From: Gemmatimonadota bacterium
Lineage (GTDB): Bacteria; Gemmatimonadota; Gemmatimonadetes; JACCXV01; JAHWKZ01
Direction: 5' to 3'
Assembly: GCA_035711625.1 (NCBI GenBank)
Contig: DASTCA010000037.1
Span: 3,070-67,069, forward strand
Length of the DNA stretch: 64,000 nt
A model generated the notes under the pieces. It was not told the origin of the DNA and did no database searches. It saw only the letters and a list, made by a program, of their open reading frames with translations. Shown here one piece after another: positions 9,201 to 17,823 of this stretch. Position 1 is the first letter of the stretch; every line of letters starts with the position of its first letter. The position numbers and the translations under genes are program-made.

Positions 9201-12200
9201 TTTCGCGGTCCCGGATCTGGTCGATACGCGCGAGGATGATGGGGCGGTCTCCCGAGATCCCATGGCGCCAGAGCGCTCGCTGGCCCCGGTCCATCGCCAG
9301 GATCGCCGCCGGCGAGCGCAAAGTCGGGTCGACGTAGAGGACCCGGCTGGCCAGGCGCTGGAACAGGTGGGCCTCGTTCTGCGAGACCCCGAGATGATGG
9401 AGCAGCACCTGGGCCTGAGTCCATGCGAGCGCGGCCTCGCGCTCGAAGGTTGCTGGGTCGTGGTACTTATCGGCGAGAGCCAGGGCCTTCTCGCGGGAAT
9501 CGGCGACGAGGGTTGAAAACGTCACCTCCGCGGTCTCGCCCGGCCGCAGCCGGATCGAGCGACGGAGGCTGAGAACCGGATCGAGGACCGCGCCGGTGGT
9601 GTTCGAAAGCGGCCGACCGTCCACGATCGTGCTGGGGGCGCGCACGCCGAGGCCGCGATCCAGGAGCCGCGCGCGATCGGTCTCGTACTGCACCGCGTCC
9701 AGCGACTTTCCCTCCATTGCCGAGACGTGCACCGCCCATACAGTTTCCTCCTCGGCCGAGCGTGGCCGGCGGGTCGCGAGCAGCGCGCCGTAGGTCGGGA
9801 CGTATTCGGTCTGGACGAACAGGTTCTGGAACGCGGGATGGGCCGCGTCGGCCGCCGGCATCGCGAGCACGACCTCCGCGTAGGTGGTCAGCTCGAGAAC
9901 GTGATCCCGCGATCCGAGGTTCTTCACGGTGACTCGTCTCAGCTCCCCGTCGTCCTCAGGAGAGACGATGACGTCTAGGGTCGTCGCGATCGCGCCGTCC
10001 CGCCGGCGGATCTCCATGCGATCCTCCGTGAAGGCGACATCGTAGCTGTCCGGCTCCACGGTCGTGGGCTGATAACCCGCCGACCATGTCGAGCCCGTCG
10101 TCACGTCGCGGACGAACACGAACGCGCCCCAGTGGTCCCGGGTCGCGTCCTCTCGCCAGCGAGTTACGGCCATCCCACGCCGGCGGCTGTACCCGGCCCC
10201 GGCGTTCGTCATCATCACGGTGTAGCTGCCGTTCGAGAGCAGGTGCGTGCGTGGAGTCCGCTCGTGGGGAGAGTGGAATCGGCGCTCGACGGTCGGCACG
10301 ACCTCGCGGACGTGACGCACCGCATGCACCTCCTCGGCCCGCGGCCGCTGTACCGCGACATCGCGCGGTACGCGCTCCTGCAGCAAGAGGTCGTTCGCGC
10401 CGATGATCGGGACGGCATGGAAGCGTCGGCGAAGGATGCCCTGCAAAAGCACGTTGGTCAGCGCCAGGATCGTCATTCCCTGGTGATGCGCCATGTACGC
10501 TCGCACCACGGCCGACCGACTGCCCTGGGGGACGCGCTCGGGGGTGTAGTCGATCGCCTCGTAGAACCCCATTCCGCCGCGTGCTCCTTCCTCCGCCAGG
10601 CGGCGGAAGTTCCGAAGAGCGGAACGCGGCGCGATCATAGCGGCGAGAGCGGTAGCATATGGCGCGATGACGAGGTCCTCCGACAGGCCGCGCGCAAGCC
10701 CGAGGCCCGGCACGCCGAAGTGCGAGTATTGATAGGTGAGGTCCAGGTCACGGGCGTTGTACGCCGATTCCGAGATCCCCCAGGGCACGCCCCGATCGGC
10801 GCCGTAGCGGATCTGCCGCTCGACGATCAGACGCTGCGTGCGCTCGATGAGCGTGTCGGGCGCGGCGTCCATGACCAGATAGGGCATCAGGTACTCGAAC
10901 ATCGAACCCGACCACGACAGGAGAGCTGCGTCGCGGCCCACCGGCGTAGCGGGACGACCGAGCCGGAACCAGTGCTCGATCGGGATGTCGCCCTTGGAGA
11001 TCGCAACCAGGCTCGCCTGCCGGGCTTCGGACGCCAGTAGATCGTAGTAGCTCGCGTCGTAGTGGTTGTCCGTGACCCGATAGCCGATCGGGAAGAGCTT
11101 GCGCATGGGATCGTAGAGGAATTCGAAGTCCATTGCGCCCGCGAGCCGCTCCGCGCGCACCGCCAACGAGAGGGCGCGCTGGCGGAGGGCCTTCGCCGCA
11201 CGGTCGCCGTCGGTGGCGGCGGCCCGAACCCGATCGACCCACATCGCCCGAGCCTCTCCCGCGGAGTCGCCGATTTCCCCTGCGCGGGCGTTGAGCGCGT
11301 CGAGCTCCTCGCGAACTGCCGCCGCTGCTTCCTCCGGCGCGGCACGACCCAGGACATCGCGGAGGCGGCGGATGGCGTCTTCCGCCGGCCCGTCTGCGGT
11401 CGCTTCATTCACAGGCGGTGAGCCGAGCAGCCGCTCCCAGGGAGCGAGTGCGTTGCGGTCCCGGAGGTGGCTCTGCACGGCGGAGCGGACCGCCTCGGCC
11501 CAGAAGGCGAAGTCGCGCGCGGTGCCGTCCGGGGATTCGGAGACGAAGACCCGCGCGACGTCCACGAGGTCCGCGGCGGCCTCGTCGAGCTCGGCCAGCC
11601 GGTCCTCCTGGTCCACGGCGGATTCCGGCTGCAGCGCCCGGCGCACGGCGGTGATCGCTGCGTCGACCTCCCGGCGGGTGACGGTCCCCTGTCGCACCGC
11701 TGAGGCTCCCGCCACCGCCTCTTCCGCGAGCGTCATCGCGTGGCCGATACCGGCGAGCGCCTCCCCCACGAGCCTCCGGCCGGCGAGTTGGTCGCGGAGT
11801 GACTCGGAGAGGGCGAGGAGGTGTCCCGCCAGGTTGCCGCTGTCGACCGTTGAGACGTACCGCGGCTCCAGAGGTTCGAGGCGCTCGACGTCGTACCAGT
11901 TGAGGAAGTGACCGTGAAACCTCTGAAGCCGATCCAGAGTGTCCAATGTCCGCTCGACACGATCGATCGCCTCGCTGGCGCCGATCCAGGCGAAGTCCCG
12001 CGCGCAGGCCACGGAGAGCAGGTACACGCCCACGTTGGTCGGCGACGTACGCTTCGCCAGGATGGGTTCGGGGTCGAGCTGGAGGTTGTCGGGCGGAAGC
12101 CAGTTTGTCGACTCCCCCACGAAAGTCTCGAAGTACCGCCATGTCGACCGGGCGACCAGAGTGAGGTCGTGACTCTCCCGGGGGAGCAGCTCCTCGCCCG

Positions 12201-15177
12201 GTGCATCCTCCATGGGCCGGCTGAGCCAGAGCGCGATCGCCGGGGACGCCAGCCAGAGCGCCAGCATCGGCAGCGCCAGGTGGAACGCCTCCGACCGAAG
12301 GGCGAGCGCGGCCACCGCCGCGGCTAGCCCGAGAGCCACGCCCCGCCACATGGAGCGGTAAGCGGATGGCAGGTCGTGCATGGAATCCTTCCCGGCGAGC
12401 GCGGCGGGCACCCACTCGAGGAGCTTGCGGCGCGTCACTGTCATCCGCCAGAGCGTTCGCGCCACGGCGTCCGTCATGAGAACGGAGCGATTCGGGAGGA
12501 AAACCAGGGCCAGTCCTACGCGGCTCGCGGCCTCGATCGCGTCGAAGAGGACGCCGCGGATGTGAGACCGCTTTGCGATCCCCCTGCGTCGTGGGAAAAG
12601 CCCGGCCACGACCGGGACCGCGGCCGGCATCGCGATCGTGGCGACGACGAACGTGGTCCAGAGAAGAGGCGAAACCGGGAGCGTGAGCCATCCGACCACG
12701 AGGAGAGCGAAGGTCGACGGTGGGGACAGCGTCCGACGCAGGTTGTCGACCATCTTCCAGCGGCTGATGACGTGCATCGACGACGGGACCCGCTGACCGT
12801 TCACGGCCGGCGCCGCGTCGAGGATCCAGGGCAGCAACTGCCAGTCGCCACGAGCCCAGCGATGGACGCGGCGGGCGCTCGTCTCGTAGTTGGAGGGGAA
12901 GTCGTCGAATAGCTCGATGTCGGTGGCGAGCCCGCACCGAGCCCAGGTGCCTTCGAACAGGTCGTGCGATAGGAGCCGGTTCTCTGGGACCCTGCCGTCC
13001 AGCGCGGCCTCGAACGCGTCGACGTCGTAGATCCCCTTGCCCACGTAGATGCCTTCGCCGAACAAGTCCTGGTAGACGTCTGATACGGCCGCGCTGTAGG
13101 GATCGATGCCGGTAGGGCCCGCGAAGATGCGGTGGTAGAGCGTCCGCTCGCCGGCATGGGGGATCATCGGGGTGATGCGCGGCTGCACGATGCCATATCC
13201 CGAGGTGACCCGCGCCGCGGCGCGGTCGAAGTGCGCGCGATTGAGCGGATGCGCGATCGCGCCGACCAGTCGATGGGCGGCGGCCGGGCTGAGCCGCGTG
13301 TCCGCGTCCAGGGTGATCACGTAGCGGACTTCGGGCGGAAGGTCCGCCGCCTGATCCGGGTCCAGGACGAACGAGGTGTCCGTCGCGCCTCGCAATAGCC
13401 GGTTCAGCTCGTGGAGCTTGCCTCGTTTCCGCTCCCAGCCGATCCACATCCCCTCCGAGGGATTCCACTGCCGCCTTCGATGGAGGAGAAGGAATCGGGG
13501 ACCGCCCCATGGCGCCGGGCCGTACACCCGGTTCAACCGCTCGATGCCGTCGGCGGCGAGCGCGAGCAGTTCTTCGTCGTCGGGGAGGACCTCGGACACC
13601 GCGTCTCGCCAGTCCGACAGCAGCGCGAACCCGAGCTCGCCCTCTGAGTTCGAGAGATAGTGCCGCTCCAGCTGGTCGATCTGCTGCCCGACCCCACGCG
13701 GGCCCGTGAGCATGGTGGGGACCACCACCAGCGTCCGGAGCTCGGGCGGCACGCCGTCCTTCAGATCGAGCTTGGCCAGGCGCCGGGGCCCCAGCAGCTC
13801 GCTCACGTCGCGCTGGACGACCGCAATCGCGAGGTCGGTCGCCGGGATCAACGCCAGCAACGCGAGGGCGACGACCGTGAGCCAGTTCTGATCGAACAGC
13901 GTGACATAGGCTACGAGGAGCATCAGGAGGAATGCCGTGACGAGCGCGATCGTCCCCAGATAGCCCGGGGTGGCGAGCGCGACATAGGCCCGCCGCAGCC
14001 AATTGCCGACCGGAGCGCGGAATCCGAGCTGTTTCTCGAACACGCGGCGTCCGTTGTCGACGAGCCAGTAACCGAGGTGCTCGTCCCGGCCGGCCCCCTC
14101 CTCGTCGGATCGTCGCGCAGCCTCGGCGGAGAGCGCCACGACCGCGTCGGCAACCTCGGTCTCCGGTGTGCCCGATCCGCGCGAAAGCTCCTCGATCGCG
14201 TGCCGGTACGCGTCACGCGTCGCGAAATCCATGCGCGGGTAGACGCCGGTCGTGTCCGCGCGCAGGGCGGCCTCGACCAGGCTGACGTCCTCGAACAGCG
14301 TCTGCCAATCGAAGCCCGACATCTGGCGCATGCTCGTGATGATGTTGGCCACGGTGGCGTGAGCGGCGAGCTGGCTCGCGTGCTCCTCACGCACCAGCAC
14401 TTCCGCGAGCGTCCCGTCCTTCGCGAGGCGCCGCTCGAGCCATCCCACGATCGGGCTCGCCGCCGGGTCGGAGTCCCGGAGCCGCTGGACGATCTCGACG
14501 ACGAACGTCCGATCGAGCGGGCGATTCTCGTAGAGCTCGAGCTCCTCGAGTGCGTCCTCGGGGTGGTCGACCTCCGCCAGAAGCCGATCGGCGAGGGCGC
14601 CTGCGCGGGCCCGGGCGCGCCGCGACTCGACGACTCCCTGGGCTAGCCGGCGCAGGTTCTCGACGAGCACCAGCCGCAGGAAACCCGGGACCGCCCACAG
14701 CTCGCCGATCGTAAGCGGAGCGATCTCCTGATACGCGCGCAAAAAGAGCTCGAGCAGATGGGGATCGAAACGGCTGTCGGTGTGCGCCACGAAGGCCCAC
14801 GCGATCCCGTAGGCGCGGGGGTGCTCGGCCAGCGGCCCGGTGGCGAGCTTGGGGAGCTCACGGTAGTACCCCGACGGCAACGCCTCGCGGACCTCGATCA
14901 GCTGCTCGTCGATGATGTGGAAGTTGTCGATCAGCCATTCGGCTGTCGGCGAGATCGGCTGGTCCTTCTGGATCTCCCGCGCGAGCGCGCGGTACGCGCC
15001 GAGGAGAGCGCGTGCGTTGTCCTCGAAGCGATCGAGGAGCGGCACGCCTTTGCGTCTGCGTTGGGGATGGACGCGCTGCGAGAGGGCCAGCGCATGCGCG
15101 TGCTGAGCCAGCCGTTCGGGCCCGAAGATCTCGGCGCGGATCGGCTCGAGGCCGGTTTGTGGTGCGGCGAGAGCCAT
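6295..15177 (-). CDS. Cyclic beta-1,2-glucan synthase homologue (GT84 glycosyltransferase + GH94 phosphorylase-like domains)
   Basis: Single 2,960-aa ORF. N-terminus AEWLIDNFHIIDEQL matches Cgs/NdvB/ChvB, followed by about six TM helices. The GT84 catalytic block PTMLT...LLSDW...WNPSEGMWIGWERKRGKL...VRYVITLDADT is present. The C-terminal GH94 module carries FRDQLQD...GDWNDGMN...RENGGQYTHAALW. Confidence 0.9.
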   Translation of the reverse strand: MALAAPQTGLEPIRAEIFGPERLAQHAHALALSQRVHPQRRRKGVPLLDRFEDNARALLGAYRALAREIQKDQPISPTAEWLIDNFHIIDEQLIEVREALPSGYYRELPKLATGPLAEHPRAYGIAWAFVAHTDSRFDPHLLELFLRAYQEIAPLTIGELWAVPGFLRLVLVENLRRLAQGVVESRRARARAGALADRLLAEVDHPEDALEELELYENRPLDRTFVVEIVQRLRDSDPAASPIVGWLERRLAKDGTLAEVLVREEHASQLAAHATVANIITSMRQMSGFDWQTLFEDVSLVEAALRADTTGVYPRMDFATRDAYRHAIEELSRGSGTPETEVADAVVALSAEAARRSDEEGAGRDEHLGYWLVDNGRRVFEKQLGFRAPVGNWLRRAYVALATPGYLGTIALVTAFLLMLLVAYVTLFDQNWLTVVALALLALIPATDLAIAVVQRDVSELLGPRRLAKLDLKDGVPPELRTLVVVPTMLTGPRGVGQQIDQLERHYLSNSEGELGFALLSDWRDAVSEVLPDDEELLALAADGIERLNRVYGPAPWGGPRFLLLHRRRQWNPSEGMWIGWERKRGKLHELNRLLRGATDTSFVLDPDQAADLPPEVRYVITLDADTRLSPAAAHRLVGAIAHPLNRAHFDRAAARVTSGYGIVQPRITPMIPHAGERTLYHRIFAGPTGIDPYSAAVSDVYQDLFGEGIYVGKGIYDVDAFEAALDGRVPENRLLSHDLFEGTWARCGLATDIELFDDFPSNYETSARRVHRWARGDWQLLPWILDAAPAVNGQRVPSSMHVISRWKMVDNLRRTLSPPSTFALLVVGWLTLPVSPLLWTTFVVATIAMPAAVPVVAGLFPRRRGIAKRSHIRGVLFDAIEAASRVGLALVFLPNRSVLMTDAVARTLWRMTVTRRKLLEWVPAALAGKDSMHDLPSAYRSMWRGVALGLAAAVAALALRSEAFHLALPMLALWLASPAIALWLSRPMEDAPGEELLPRESHDLTLVARSTWRYFETFVGESTNWLPPDNLQLDPEPILAKRTSPTNVGVYLLSVACARDFAWIGASEAIDRVERTLDTLDRLQRFHGHFLNWYDVERLEPLEPRYVSTVDSGNLAGHLLALSESLRDQLAGRRLVGEALAGIGHAMTLAEEAVAGASAVRQGTVTRREVDAAITAVRRALQPESAVDQEDRLAELDEAAADLVDVARVFVSESPDGTARDFAFWAEAVRSAVQSHLRDRNALAPWERLLGSPPVNEATADGPAEDAIRRLRDVLGRAAPEEAAAAVREELDALNARAGEIGDSAGEARAMWVDRVRAAATDGDRAAKALRQRALSLAVRAERLAGAMDFEFLYDPMRKLFPIGYRVTDNHYDASYYDLLASEARQASLVAISKGDIPIEHWFRLGRPATPVGRDAALLSWSGSMFEYLMPYLVMDAAPDTLIERTQRLIVERQIRYGADRGVPWGISESAYNARDLDLTYQYSHFGVPGLGLARGLSEDLVIAPYATALAAMIAPRSALRNFRRLAEEGARGGMGFYEAIDYTPERVPQGSRSAVVRAYMAHHQGMTILALTNVLLQGILRRRFHAVPIIGANDLLLQERVPRDVAVQRPRAEEVHAVRHVREVVPTVERRFHSPHERTPRTHLLSNGSYTVMMTNAGAGYSRRRGMAVTRWREDATRDHWGAFVFVRDVTTGSTWSAGYQPTTVEPDSYDVAFTEDRMEIRRRDGAIATTLDVIVSPEDDGELRRVTVKNLGSRDHVLELTTYAEVVLAMPAADAAHPAFQNLFVQTEYVPTYGALLATRRPRSAEEETVWAVHVSAMEGKSLDAVQYETDRARLLDRGLGVRAPSTIVDGRPLSNTTGAVLDPVLSLRRSIRLRPGETAEVTFSTLVADSREKALALADKYHDPATFEREAALAWTQAQVLLHHLGVSQNEAHLFQRLASRVLYVDPTLRSPAAILAMDRGQRALWRHGISGDRPIILARIDQIRDREIIRQLLRAHEYWGWKGLAVDLVVLNEHEFTYSDELQDWLERSVRVTRSRASHESHVGHGEVFILRGEQLSQEDRDLIRATSRAVLLSHHGSLAEQLESALRDQTYVATPAQPPVSSEPEAPPPRLKLAFFNGLGGFADGGREYVIVLGEGQWTPAPWVNVVANPDFGFTVSESGSGFTWAVNSRENRLTPWSNDPVNDPPGEVLYVRDEDSGVVWTPTPLPIRETSPYVVRHGQGYTRFEHQSHGIALELVQFVPLDDPVKISRLHIRNLSDRPRRLSITAYVEWVLGVLRESSAPYVCTGIDEETLALFAHNRWTEEFGARVAFADLNGRHSEWTADRGEFLGRNGNPAYPAAMEPGQGLSQSVGAGFDPCAALRQTVAVPAGGSAEVVFLLGQGANTEEARKLVRAYRAENLDAALERIVTSWDDVLGTVKVSTPDESMTIMLNRWLLYQALSCRVWARSAFYQSGGAYGFRDQLQDVTALVVARREITRAHLLRCAARQFSEGDVQHWWHPPSGRGVRTRITDDRAWLPFALIQYLEVTGDDEILDEEVSFIQGGELEEGESERYFEPGPPVGSATLYEHCARALDVSLGLGPHQLPLMGAGDWNDGMNRVGDEGRGESVWLAWFLHLTMSRFLPIARARGDDERVSRWHAWLDALDDAIEREGWDGNWYRRAFFDDGTPLGSTVSQECKIDSIAQSWGVISGAAPRGRAEQAMRAVEQYLIRRGDGLVLLFTPPFDHWDVDPGYIKGYLPGVRENGGQYTHAALWSVIAFAELGEGDKAAELFSILNPINQTSTRAGIYRYKVEPYAAVADVYAEPPHLGRGGWTWYTGSAGWMYRAGIEWILGFRLRGQELLLDPCIPRDWPGFRISFAYHSSRYEIDVENPAGVMRGIQSVEIDGRPAPLRARTGTANPRTLGAAASGPADADDPGGGDPSRTRSEAGRDGSGARIPLVDDGQSHAIRVTLG

Positions 15178-15266
15178 CGAGCGGAAGTTAGGCGCTCACG
15201 TAGTGGTGCGCCCTCAGGAGTGGCTGGAGGTATGGAAGGTCGACGACGGGATGAAGCGACGATCCC

Positions 15267-16052
15267 TTAGGGCTGCGCTCGGGTCTCGCGATTCCGCAGG
15301 TCCGTGAACGGCTTGATCTCCAAGCTCTTCTGATGGCCCTCGAAGGCGCCGGTACCGTCAGGCAAGGTCCCCTGCATGTACCAGCGCTGGAACCGGAGGG
15401 CTCGCTCGGCTTTGGGGTCCGGCGTAGCGTCTTTCTTTATCTGCTTAACATCCGAAAGGAACTTGCGCAGCCTTCCCGCATATTTGAACTGACGCTTCGA
15501 CTCTGCGTCTTCGTCCAGGTCCCTCAGAGCGGGTTCCACCTGCTCCACCAACCCGCGTTTCACGGGGAAGAGGAAGCAAAAGGGCTCTCCTTTCTCGAAC
15601 CCGATGGGATGATTTGGTCTTGTGATCTTCCAGTTCATCGTGAAGGAGTATGGCATCCAGTCCGTTTCCACCACGGCGGACAAGGGATGTATTCCGTCCT
15701 TGAAGCTGTTCGGAGGGCCGGATACCCAGAGGTTGTAGTCGGCCTCCGTGCGGAACATGGCCGGTATCGAGATCGTGACGATCCCAGAGCCGAAATGCCC
15801 CTCCACCTTCACCTCTCCATCGCCAGCGAGTGAGACCTGAACATCCCGCGGGTCACTTCCACCGTTCCATTCCACACGGAAACCCCCCCCGCAGCAGATC
15901 ACCCACCCGTGCGCGTTGGCGATCGACAGTGGGAGGCAACGGTAGGCGTAGCGATCGGGAGTGGCGTCCATCCATTCCCGCCGATTGCTGGCTGGCCGGA
16001 TGTCGATGTCTCCGGCGCTCAGTACGTAGCACTCGAGCTTCATGGACGCCAA
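15267..16052 (-). CDS. Hypothetical protein (261 aa), lower-GC, no recognised family
   Basis: Protein-like composition with a Cys/His/Trp-rich N-terminal half (CLPLSIANAHGWVICCGGG) and a Lys-rich C-terminal third. Codon usage differs from the neighbours. Confidence 0.5.
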   Translation of the reverse strand: MASMKLECYVLSAGDIDIRPASNRREWMDATPDRYAYRCLPLSIANAHGWVICCGGGFRVEWNGGSDPRDVQVSLAGDGEVKVEGHFGSGIVTISIPAMFRTEADYNLWVSGPPNSFKDGIHPLSAVVETDWMPYSFTMNWKITRPNHPIGFEKGEPFCFLFPVKRGLVEQVEPALRDLDEDAESKRQFKYAGRLRKFLSDVKQIKKDATPDPKAERALRFQRWYMQGTLPDGTGAFEGHQKSLEIKPFTDLRNRETRAQP

Positions 16053-16224
16053 TAAAAAGCCAAGGCTAGTGGTTATGCAACCGGGTCAGTTGAGCGCGTG
16101 GCACCGGGGGACTGGATTATGAGTCTTTCCCGGTCAGACCGCTGACAGATCGTGAACTCGCTGTCTGGCTATGCTGCATGCACGCGGCGCCGGAGACTCG
16201 CGAGAGGATGGGAGGGTTGGGACG

Positions 16225-16569
16225 ATGCTGACAATGGCCAAACTCGGGTATGTCGTCTTGCGACTCAGCCAAGCGATCGGGGACGCAGAGGTCGGAGAGA
16301 ATCGTCGGGAAGCAGTGGAGCTGTGGGAGCAGCTTGGGCGAGCCGTGGATCAGGCGCGGAAGATGGAAGAACCCGCCCCGGGCACAACCGAAGCGATCAC
16401 CGACTGGTGGGAGAGCAAGATCTATCTGTTCACACTGGCGTTGCAGCCCCGTGCAGCACGGTACGCCACCCGTGAGTGGGTCGGGATGGTTGAAGGCGAG
16501 CTTGTTCGGGCGCAGGAGAACTATGCGGCGTGGCAGGCCAGGAGACGAGAGAAGACACGCTATTCTTGA
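16225..16569 (+). CDS. Hypothetical small helical protein (114 aa)
   Basis: Divergent from the 261-aa gene and lower in GC. An alternative upstream start lies at 16171. No recognisable motif. Confidence 0.35.
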   Translation: MLTMAKLGYVVLRLSQAIGDAEVGENRREAVELWEQLGRAVDQARKMEEPAPGTTEAITDWWESKIYLFTLALQPRAARYATREWVGMVEGELVRAQENYAAWQARRREKTRYS

Positions 16570-16679
16570 CACCGGGACGGTGGAGGAAAGTGTCGAAGTT
16601 CTGGGGCGAATTCTCGACGAAGATCTGGGCAGCCGATACGATCCGCTGTGCGGACGTTGGCTGCTTGCGCTGCGGTAAG

Positions 16680-16756
16680 TGGTGCGCCCTAAGGGAGTCG
16701 AACCCCTAACCTTCAGATCCGTAGTCTGACGCTCTATCCAATTGAGCTAAGGGCGC
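16680..16756 (-). tRNA. tRNA-Arg (anticodon ACG)
   Basis: Reverse complement GCGCCCTTAGCTCAATTGGATAGAGCGTCAGACTACGGATCTGAAGGTTAGGGGTTCGACTCCCTTAGGGCGCACCA. Canonical cloverleaf with anticodon loop CTACGGA and CCA encoded. Confidence 0.9.
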
Positions 16757-16775
16757 ACGTCGGGCGGGGAGGACA

Positions 16776-16803
16776 AATATACGCCGCCGTTGTGCCGCGG
16801 CAA
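16776..16803 (-). promoter_or_regulatory. Sigma70-like promoter for tRNA-Arg (TTGCCG-N16-TATATT)
   Basis: On the minus strand, -35 TTGCCG lies at 16803-16798 and -10 TATATT at 16781-16776, with 16-nt spacing. This places the TSS ~10 nt before the mature tRNA 5' end. Confidence 0.4.
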
Positions 16804-16845
16804 CGCGCGCGGACCTCACACGGGCGCTCGCGTTAGCTTGCGGGG

Positions 16846-17823
16846 ATGAATTCCCGTGCGGCCGGCCGCCCCCTGGTGCTCGTCGACGCAGCCATCCCCG
16901 ACGCGCCGTTCGCCTCGCTGGAGGAGGCGGCGGAGGTGGTGCGCTTCGATGGGGACGCCGATCTGGCGCGCCTGCTCGCGGAGCGGGGAGGCGAAGTGGC
17001 TGGGCTCGGCGTCCAGCTGACGACCACGATCGACCGCCAGCTCCTCACGCGCCTGCCCGCGCTCGAGATCGTGGCGGATTACGCGGTGGGGTATGACAAC
17101 GTCGACCTGGCGGCGGCGGCGGAGCGCGGGGTGGCCGTTACGCACACACCCGACGTCCTCACGGAAGCGACGGCGGACCTCACATGGGGGCTGATCCTCG
17201 CGGTCGCCCGACGCGTTCTGGAGGGGGACCGCATCGTGCGCTCGGGAGTGTGGACCGGATGGCACCCGCGACAGCTGCTCGGGATGGAGCTGGCCGGTGC
17301 CACGCTGGCGATCCTGGGGATGGGGCGGATCGGCGAGGCGGTTGCCCGACGCGGAATGGCGTTCGGCATGCGGATCGTCTACTGGAGCCGCTCGCCCCGC
17401 CCCGAGGTCGAGCGGAAGCTGGGCGCGCGCCGGCTCGACCTCGAAACTGTCCTTTCAGAGTCCGACGTCGTCTCGGTCCACCTCCCGCTCGCGGACGACA
17501 CGCGACATCTCCTGGACGCCGGCCGGCTGGCGCTCATGAAGTCCGGGTCAATCCTGGTGAACACGAGTCGGGGCCCGATCGTGGACGAGGACGCGCTGGC
17601 CGATGCACTGGACGCCGGGTGTTTGATGGGAGCGGGGCTGGACGTTCACGAGCGCGAGCCGGCGATCCACCCGCGGCTGGCGGCCTCGCCACGAACCGTA
17701 CTCCTGCCGCATCTGGGATCGGCCACCGTGGAGACGCGCGAACGCATGGCGGAAGTCGTCGCGCGGAACCTGCTCGCCGTCGTCGGCGGCGGGCCGCCGA
17801 CGGATCCGGTGCCCATTTCCTAG
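16846..17823 (+). CDS. D-isomer-specific 2-hydroxyacid dehydrogenase (glyoxylate/hydroxypyruvate reductase-like)
   Basis: NAD-binding GMGRIG motif and catalytic R...E...H arrangement. 325 aa. Confidence 0.85.
   Translation: MNSRAAGRPLVLVDAAIPDAPFASLEEAAEVVRFDGDADLARLLAERGGEVAGLGVQLTTTIDRQLLTRLPALEIVADYAVGYDNVDLAAAAERGVAVTHTPDVLTEATADLTWGLILAVARRVLEGDRIVRSGVWTGWHPRQLLGMELAGATLAILGMGRIGEAVARRGMAFGMRIVYWSRSPRPEVERKLGARRLDLETVLSESDVVSVHLPLADDTRHLLDAGRLALMKSGSILVNTSRGPIVDEDALADALDAGCLMGAGLDVHEREPAIHPRLAASPRTVLLPHLGSATVETRERMAEVVARNLLAVVGGGPPTDPVPIS

Larger units (their letters stand above)
15204..16696. mobile_element. Candidate tRNA-Arg-associated genomic islet (integrase-less remnant) bounded by imperfect direct repeats
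   Basis: AGTGGTGCGCCCTCAGGAG at 15202-15220 is a near copy of the tRNA-Arg 3' end AGTGGTGCGCCCTAAGGGAG at 16679-16698. GC content falls to ~55-60% inside, against ~70% outside. The islet holds two divergent hypothetical genes and no integrase. Confidence 0.4.

Noticed and set aside
11405-14002. 865-aa ORF on the minus strand inside the cgs gene (alternative frame), plus many other 100-400-aa ORFs overlapping cgs on both strands
   Set aside because: Extremely Arg/Pro/Gly/Ala-rich and low-complexity, with no motifs. They sit in another frame of a gene whose own frame carries clear GT84/GH94 motifs. These are the expected stop-codon-poor artefacts of 70% GC.
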